Below, piece by piece: positions 56,147-64,000 of a stretch of DNA of 64,000 bases (its first letter is position 1; every line of letters begins with the position of its first letter). The notes beneath the pieces are model-generated. The model did no database searches, was not told the DNA's origin, and saw only the letters and a program-made list of their open reading frames with translations. The position numbers and the translations under genes are program-made. The DNA comes from Lama guanicoe (Eukaryota): NCBI GenBank assembly GCA_013239625.1, contig MU054032.1:496001-560000 (forward strand), given 5' to 3'.

Positions 56147-56240
56147 TTTCACAAAATAAAGATTCCATTATAAAATGGTTGGAGTCTTGGGCCTGAGGCA
56201 AGAAATCCGGAACACACCCTCCTGAGGGATCCCTCTCCAG
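56147..56240 (-). CDS. IKZF4: IKZF4 coding exon 2 (LERDPSGGCVPDFLPQAQDSNHFIMESLFCE)
   Basis: 94 nt, caaag|CTG acceptor, AAA|GTAAGT donor. Confidence 0.93.
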
Positions 56241-57986
56241 CTTTGGTCAGTGGGAAGAAAACAACCACTCAGGACTTTGGGACCATTTCCCATTCATATC
56301 CTCTCCTAAAAGTCCCATTTCTCCCATTCTATCCCGTCAAAGCCTGAGGAAATTTGTTCACTATCTATAGAAAAAACCTTATGGCTTGAAACTGAGGTTC
56401 CCCAGCTGGGGCTCTTTAGATGAGCCATGGTTATCTAAAAAAAGTTGACCCAAATCAGGACCACACACATATCATGCAGTGAACATCTCAGAGTTGAGGG
56501 TTGAGACCTGTGGACCCAGACACAGTTTTAAATGAGTCCTTTCAACTAAGAGTAGCGTTTACTAAGGTTAGAAGGGCTGAAAGGGTATCTTCTTATTCCT
56601 TTTCAAACCTTGGTGCTGACTTGCCCTAAATCATTGGATGCTAGTAATGGGGGAAGAACAGGGCTCGGGGCCCTGGCACTGAGTCCTTGACCCTAAAAGG
56701 ATGAGTGAGCTTGCTGGAAATCCTTCGCTGGTCCCAGCCTACTAGGCTGAGGCTGCCTCTTGGGGCCTGGGGCTTGGTATATGGAGAAAATATCCTTAAA
56801 GGGATATTTAGGGACATTAAGGGGAAAACATCCTTTGTGGCTCTCCCTATTAAGGCCTGGGAACAGGAGGAAGAGCAGGTACCTCCAGAGTCACACCAGT
56901 AGTTCAAGGGGCTCTTTGATGCCGTTGCCGTTCCTAGGATAAAGGTAAGAGGCACAACAGGCTCAAGTCTACTTTTATGGGGCTGATACAGAAAAATGAA
57001 TCAGTTTCAGGGGTCAGAAAGCCTTTTTGGGCTCCAGGGATTTTGAGTTCTAGCCAGACGGTGAAAAGAACTTGAGTCAGATTTAGGAAGTTCAGCAGTT
57101 CCTCTCTCAGCCCCAGAAACCCCAGTGAGGGAATTTCAAATGCCTGGGACTCCCAAGAAATCCCAGACTGTCAAAGCCAAGAATTAGGGCCGCTCTCAGG
57201 TCTCAGAGAAATTTTCTTGGTCAAAGTCATCGTAGATTGGCTGAACCCCTGGAGGGCAAAGCCAAATCATGAGGTTCACATCAGAGAAACCAGGAGGTGG
57301 GTAAAGGGCAGAAAAGCAGGAGGGAGAGAAAGGAACCAGGGCAATGTCCCACATGCTAAATGTGTTTCCCATGTTGAGGGAGCGGAGCCCTCGCTCCAGC
57401 TGCCCTTCCTCCATCCCTTCAAAGAGTGGCCACCTCTAGGGAAGAGCCATGAGGTCCAGAGCCTTCACACTTCTCTGCCAGGGACCTCATCCTAACTGCT
57501 TCCCCTTTCTTGACCATGGACTCCGGGGGGCAGAATGCTAGCCTGCTAGCAGGGAAGAGTGGGGTACAGGAGCAAAGAAAGACGCCCATCCCCAGCTCTA
57601 TTGTGGGGAGGAGGCTGAGGCCCCTCAGATCTCTGTTTCAGGTTGAGGCATCTGCTGCCGGGGCTCCTCTTTACCTAGATTCTCTCTATTACCCATTCCC
57701 ACCCCAGCCTGTCTCGGCATTTCACCCCAGGCAGCGCTACATCTGTCCCCAAGGCCTAATCAAGATGTCACCACAAGCTCCCACTGTCCAAGTCGCAGTC
57801 TTTGCTTAGCAACACCAAACACCCTTTCCCATCCTCCGCAAGTATGAGGAGGAACGCCCCCTCCCCCGCCACACACACAGCCCCCATCCTCTCCCTCTCC
57901 TCAGGCTTGGGAGTTGTTACTGAATTGGCTCCCTAGCCCCAGCACCCCCCTCCCCCCTCCACTAGCCACCTTCTGCCTGAACTTAC

Positions 57987-58073
57987 ATTATCCTTCCCTT
58001 GCCGGTGAGACCCTGGGGTGCGAACGCGGCCGCCGCCTTGGAAACGGCGAGGGAGCGCGGGCGGTGTGTGCAT
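57987..58073 (-). CDS. IKZF4: IKZF4 coding exon 1 (MHTPPALPRRFQGGGRVRTPGSHRQGKDN)
   Basis: ATG 58073-58071, 87 nt, AAT|GTAAGT donor; matches the human Eos N-terminus. Confidence 0.93.
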
Positions 58074-58116
58074 GTCTGCGTCTCGGTGGCAGGCAGGGGT
58101 GAGCCCAGCCACTCAC

Positions 58117-58162
58117 CTTCCAGGAAGCGTGGATTCCTGGAAGTGAGGGGAACCGCCGTCAT
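58117..58162 (-). CDS. IKZF4: IKZF4 alternative first coding segment (MTAVPLTSRNPRFLE-G), phase 1
   Basis: ATG 58162-58160, consensus donor GAAG|GTGAGT; 46 nt, in frame with exon 3 (predicted 540 aa). Confidence 0.7.
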
Positions 58163-58236
58163 TTCGCAGGCAGCGGCAGCGGCACGGTGAGCAGGGGCCC
58201 ACGGCTGCAGCCAGCAAGAAGAGCTCAGCCCAGGGT

Positions 58237-58254
58237 GTATGTGTGTGTGAGTGA

Positions 58255-58338
<84 letters not shown>

Positions 58339-58356
58339 GGGAGAGAGAGAGGGAGA
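58237..58356. repeat. Compound (GT)n(GA)n microsatellite upstream of the IKZF4 start codons
   Basis: Directly visible dinucleotide runs. Confidence 0.95.
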
Positions 58357-60472
58357 GCGCGAGCAGCGCACGCCTGGATGTGCCCGGGGAGGGGGCTGGA
58401 GAGAGTGTGTATGTGTGTCTGGCGAGGGTGCGTGAGGCTACAGCATCCCTTTCCCAAGCCGGTGAAGGGCTGGGGGTGGGAGGTGCGCACGGGGAGGGGG
58501 AGGCAGACGCCGTTGCCCTCGTGCCCAGCAGACAAAGAGGAACTGCACAACAAATGCCTGAGAGAGACAAGAGTGTGCGCAAGAGAGAGAGAGATGGATG
58601 GACCGGCGGGGTAGGGGGGAGACAGGGGGCCCCCAGGGAAGGCCCAATCCTCTGCCAGCTGGGGAAAGCCAAGGCCTCAGAGGTCATGGGGCCCAGGACA
58701 CGGGGCAGCTTCAAGGCTCTCAGATTGGCAGACAGCCCCTCCCCCACCAAACTCAGGCACTCCTTTCCCTCCTCTATTTCCTCCTCCAGGAGGGAGGTCG
58801 CTCTCCAGATCTGGGGACTGACAGCCTCCCCGTTCCCAGCAGGGAGAAGGCCCTGCACAGTCCAGATCTCCGGCTGGTGTTGCTCTGTGGCCCTGAGTCC
58901 TTTCAGATCCCAGGCAAAATACTGGTATAGCCTCCCCGCCTCCCCTCCCCTCCCGTGCCCCTGGGGCCCCAGCAGCCGACAGCCCTGGATGAATCCGCCC
59001 TCTATCAAGACAAGGCCTCTGCTCCCTTCCCTTCCAGAGGAGCTGCTCACTGACGTGCTGACCTACTTTGGAAGACTAGATTTTCTGACTCCAAGAATTT
59101 GGGGGTGGGAGGGGCCGTGAAACTTTGGGCTGCCTACCCCTGGATCCTTTTCGGCCAAGGTTCCCTTAAACATCTCAGTCCCAGAAAACTCGGGACAAGC
59201 AATGCTCAGTCAATTAATTGCCTGGGCTGGGTTTAAGCAACTCAATTTCACTTGAAAGACAGGGAATAGGGGTGAGAAGAGCCTCTGTGGGGCAAATTAA
59301 TGGATTCCTCCTTTCTTCCCTCTCTTCCCCAGGAGGGGGTGATCTGTACCTTTAGAAAGAGATAGGAGAAGAAAACATGGACTCCAAATTAGGTTCTGTG
59401 AGTTGGGAAAATCTATTTGAAGAACAGGAGAGATACCCGCTTCATCATGGGCCAGGCAAAGGAAGGCCACCAGATGCGGGTGGAGGCAGAAAAGCTGTGA
59501 TGACCTTGAAGGGGCCGCTGCGTGCTTCAGGAGGGGTGTACACTGCCGCCTTTCCCGCTGCTGCCGAATCAGTCCGGGAGAGGTGGGTCAGCCATGGGCG
59601 CTCAGGTGCCCCTCAGGTGGGCTACCTCAGCCATGCTCAGTCCTGCAGGGCTGCTTTTCAGAGTGAGGGTTAGCCCTACCTTGACTGTTCCCTGTCCCTC
59701 TCTCAAGTAGCTGCTGACGTCTAGAATTCTCAAAACACAGATGAGGGGTTTCTGGCTTCCTCTTTCATTCAAAAGCCATCCTGTGCAGAAGTCTCTTCTT
59801 ACCTAAGAAATGCCAACCTGCTGAAAGCCAGGGAGCTTGGTTTCATAGCACAGTAAAGCCAACACCCTCAGAAGTTTTCGTCTAATGTCTAACTTTTTCC
59901 ACAGATAGGACTGAAAAGAGCTCCACGGGATATTTCCCCAGCTGCCTTCCTAGTTTCTCATTTGCCTGCCTTAGGGCAGGGATGGATTTTCTCCATCTGA
60001 GTGATCCCCAGCACCAAGGCAGGGTCCTGAGAACTGGTGTTGCTCAACAGTGGTTCTCTGAATAGGCTCAACTGAGCAGGAGGTAGGAAGATTGGGTGGC
60101 TCCTCAGAAGGGCCATGACTGTAGTTCCAATAAAGTCTCTTTCAATTAAATCAGTCCACTAGATCCCTGTCACTCTGTCCAGTATGTGGCAGGGATCAAA
60201 TGTCTGCCTGTACCCATTCCAACTCCTTTCTTCCTTAAATGAGAAAGGGGTCAGAGTCAACTTCTTCCTTAACATCATGCGGGTGTTGCCAACGACTCTC
60301 ATATGTGCGTCTGGCCTGTCCTGCTGTCTCCCTTAGTGCATGCCCATAATTCATGCATTGGTCCCACTTTAAGGTAAAAAAAGTAAGCTATAGGTCATTT
60401 CTACAATGGTGCTTGGATTACTAACGGGGATAAGCATCACATCAAAACCCAATTCTGGTTCCATCACCTCTT

Positions 60473-60661
60473 TTTTTTTTTAAGAGATGTTAGGGTTTTT
60501 TGGTGGGGGGGTTAGGTTTATTTATTTATTTTAATTGTTTTAAATGGAGGTACTGGGGATTGAACCCAGGACCTCGTGCATGCTAAGGATGAGTGTTACC
60601 ACTGAGTTATACCCTCCCTCTTCTTTGTTTATGGGTCCATGGTCCCAAAGGTGGGCCTTTA

Positions 60662-60704
<43 letters not shown>

Positions 60705-60812
60705 TTATTTTATTTTATTTTATTTTTATTTTTAATGGAGGTACTGGAGATTGAACCCAGGACCTCATACATGCTAGGCTTGCATTTACCACTGAGCTAT
60801 ACCCATCCCCCT
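60473..60812 (-). mobile_element. Two adjacent Vic-1-like SINEs with an (ATT)n run between them
   Basis: Two heads at ~60545-60620 and ~60736-60810; acctctt on both outer flanks. Confidence 0.8.
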
Positions 60813-61815
60813 TCCCTTACCTCTTAAAATCATTTCCTGCCCTGGCATTCTAATGGTACAAAAAATGATTCTTGTCATCCTCGAGACAAACTCTGTCTTA
60901 GGCCCTTTTCTCCACCCTCAGAGGGGAGGCCAGATGAAGTTCCTCATTTCTTTTCATCTTGTTAAACTCTGAGGGGATCCTGATTACTTTCATATCCCTG
61001 ACAGCCATCCATACTATAAGCAGTGATCTCTTCCACCTCAATAACAGCATTTGGCCAGTATTAAAAACTACAACATCTTATGATTGGAAAGGACTGGGGG
61101 AAATGAGAAGCTCTCCTTTAACGGTTGTAAGCTCTTGGCCCATTGGTTGAATTCATTCAGACCATAGATCAGTTTGGCTTGTCCCATGGAATGTTTGGGG
61201 TTTTTTTTAATACTGAGTTATTATTTTTAAAGGGCGACATTTCCTATAAGATTTCAATTTCTGATTTCTTTTGAAAAACTGTAAGTTTTGGCTACACGGG
61301 ATACACACTCCCACATGGCAGTGCCTGGTGGACACTGCAGAGCTGCTGCTCCTTGAGGTAGGTTAGGACACGTGCTCTCCAGTTCATGACAGCCCCATCG
61401 GTCTCTTCTGCTCATTATCTGAGCCTAGTTCATTCATTTACATGCCTGCATGGCCCCTGCAGGCTTCTGAGATTTGAAATCCTGCTCCACTCTCTACCTG
61501 GCTGGGACAGAATGTCAAGTTTGGCTGGTGTCCTCAGGGCACAGGAGAAGGAAACACATCTTCCTTCCATCTCTTTGTTTCAAATCACTTCTCTCTCTAA
61601 TAGTCTCCACTCATCTTCCCTTCCTATTGCCTTCCCCTCCCCCATCCCTCAAGAAGTCTGGGAAGAGAATCACTGTTTACGGAATGTAAAATGACCACAA
61701 TAAATGCACACTAGCAAGCGTGAGTGTCAGCTCTGTAACTGGGGCTCTCCACTTTGCTCCACAGGAGAGTGTCTGCTCCCAGCCCCTTACAAACAGAATG
61801 CACAAGAGGGCATAC

Positions 61816-61855
61816 CAGACATATAGGAGCGGCCATTGAAGTCTTCTATGTCCAT
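61816..61855 (-). CDS. IKZF4: IKZF4 upstream alternative first coding exon (MDIEDFNGRSYMS-G), Ikaros exon-2 homologue
   Basis: Pyrimidine tract + CAGCAG acceptor (61873-61868), ATG 61855, 40 coding nt, TCTG|GTATGC donor; in frame with exon 3 (predicted 538 aa). Confidence 0.75.
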
Positions 61856-63769
61856 CTTAGGGAGATTCTGCTGGAAGAGAAAACAGCTGCTATTAGAAGC
61901 CAGACGTGAGGAACGAGGAGGTTTCTCTCTAACACTCTGGAGTTAGCAAGAACCCTACAGGGTCACTTACGTGTGCTCTGACCCTATCCTAAAGAATCAA
62001 AACCTCATACTTTGTCCTGGTGAGAAAGACAATGTACACTGACTTGCAAACCCCAGGGTTTCCTCCAACCCCAACTTCTGCAGACTTTCCCAGTCTCTTG
62101 GGGAGAAACACTGTCTTATTCCAGACTGGTCCCTGGTTGTGTTGTTTTGAGAGTAGACCCTCTTCCTGTAGATGGGGGGATGGAATAGGAATGGAGACAG
62201 GTTACAGACCAGCCCTCGGGTGCAAAGAAACAGCCCCATAGAGGCTCTAAACCTTGTTAAGGATGGGGTAGTAATAAGAGGAAGAAGCTAGATTCAGTCA
62301 TTCAAGGGATATTTTTTGGGTGGAGGGAGCGTGGGAGGGGACAGGAAAGTAGAAGATGGAGAAGAGCAGCCCACCTTAGGTTCCGTGAAGAGTCCTCTAC
62401 TGAAGGGGTAATAAATAAAACCTTTAAGTGGCTTCCCCGACCTTCTTGTCAATTACCTTGCTATGATTTATTTTTTAAGTGGAGTGGTGGGGGGACTCTG
62501 AATTTAAAATGCAGGCTAGTCTATTTGAGGGAAGGCAAACAGTAATTGGCAGTAGAGTATTAAACAACCAAGAACTGAGAACAATTAAAAGTGATAATTT
62601 GTTGCAATGAATTATCTCCTTAGGGGCCTGTGGGAGGAGAAAAAAAATCTATTTGGTGGAAATTTACATATATCCAAAATTGCTTTCACCCATCATCTAA
62701 TGAAAAACAAATACCCCAGGGGCAGATCTGGGGGAGCCAGGGTGGGCCAAGGGAACAGGCTGAGCTGCACAAGGATTCTTGGTCTCTGAAGGATTCATTG
62801 AAGCAAACAGATGAAAATTTGGTTTGCTTGTAATACTATATTGAGAAAAGTGGGAGTAGGGGGTTCTGGAGGGCACCCCCTCCAGAGGGGAAGTATCTAT
62901 TACCCTGCCTCTCCTCCCCAGTCATTCTTGTTTAGTGCTGAGAGACATACTCCTGTAAATAGTCTCATGAGAAAGCCCAAGACACAGGCTTTGCTTCACT
63001 TTGAAAAGCAGCTCTCCCTAGGTTTCACTAGAGAGATTCCTAGCTTTACCCAGGAAGCCTGGGTGTGGAAGAAAAAATTCTCTAAATTTATTTTCAGCTC
63101 CTCTTTTCTTGACATCCTCCCTGGGATGGACTGAGATTTAGGACTAGACTGTTAAACCAAGCCACAAGAATAAGTGGTTCCTTGAAGGTTCCCTTAGGGG
63201 CAATGATGAGAAGAGCCCAAGTCCACAGTGGTTAGTGAACTCAGAGTCTCTGGAACTAGCCTTAGAACTTGTGGTGGTCAGGGATGCAAATGTGAGGGAA
63301 GGCAGTCTGGTACCCACGGGCCCCTTTCATTTCTGAGTCATTAGCTCCATAATTGCCCTTTGGGATTTTGCAAAGCTCAAGATGCCACAAGTAACTTCCC
63401 TCACACACACCGCCCCCAGGCAGGTGAAGCAAGAGTGAGCAGGATTTCCCCTATTTTCTGCTTAGAGAACCTGAGGCTCAGGGCAGCTAACGGACTTGTC
63501 TCAGGGCTCACAGTGAGGTCGGAACAAGGAAAAGAATAAGTCTCCGGCCTCTCTGAGGTGTGCTCTTTCCATTAAACCATGTTGCTTCCTTTCAAAAGCC
63601 AGGGTACTCAAGGCCTTTGTGGATCTCCTTGCTTGTCCTGGTTCTAACATCAATTTTCCTGGTTCTAACATATTTTTCTTTGGTGTGATCCCTGTGGGAG
63701 TGGGGTCTGTTACTTGAAAAGGAAGAACAAGTTGAGCAGGCTCTAAGGGGAGAAATATGCTAATACAAT

Positions 63770-63912
<143 letters not shown>

Positions 63913-64000
63913 CAGGAGCTAGACAAGCACTAGGTGGGCAGAGCAGCTGAAGCATAGCATTCAGCTAGTACTGGCTCAGGAAGTGTATCTCATTCTTGGA

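Noticed and set aside
57983..59120. 355-aa minus-strand and 246-aa plus-strand ORFs over the IKZF4 5' region
   Set aside because: They run through dinucleotide repeats (SLSLSL/HTHTHT) in GC-rich sequence with no recognisable domain; only the part from ATG 58162 is considered meaningful

Overview
Mammalian genomic DNA, probably a camelid judging by about ten copies of a tRNA-derived Vic-1-like SINE. It is syntenic with the human 12q13.2 ERBB3-RPS26-IKZF4 block, and all three genes lie on the minus strand. ERBB3: coding exons 1-8 (7188 down to 65; the gene continues past base 1) with a CpG-island promoter. RPS26: complete, 4 exons, 115 aa, TATA plus 5'TOP promoter. IKZF4/Eos: complete, 8 coding exons, 585 aa, ~3 kb 3'UTR, plus two alternative first coding exons missed by the ORF track. 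The ~31 kb between ERBB3 and RPS26 is mostly L1/L2/MIR/LTR/SINE debris. It also holds an H3.3 (H3F3B-type) processed pseudogene and an unidentified ~440-nt polyadenylated retrocopy, both with target-site duplications. The most interesting signals are: (1) an IKZF4 upstream ATG that acts either as an alternative N-terminus or as an 82-codon overlapping uORF whose stop overlaps a downstream in-frame Met (TAATG); (2) a retroposed 28S rRNA 3' end and a ~110-bp dispersed duplication in and around RPS26; (3) three SoxE-dimer-like sites in ERBB3 intron 1. No prokaryotic-type systems (CRISPR etc.) are present. Repeat family names and human isoform comparisons are from memory and need database confirmation.
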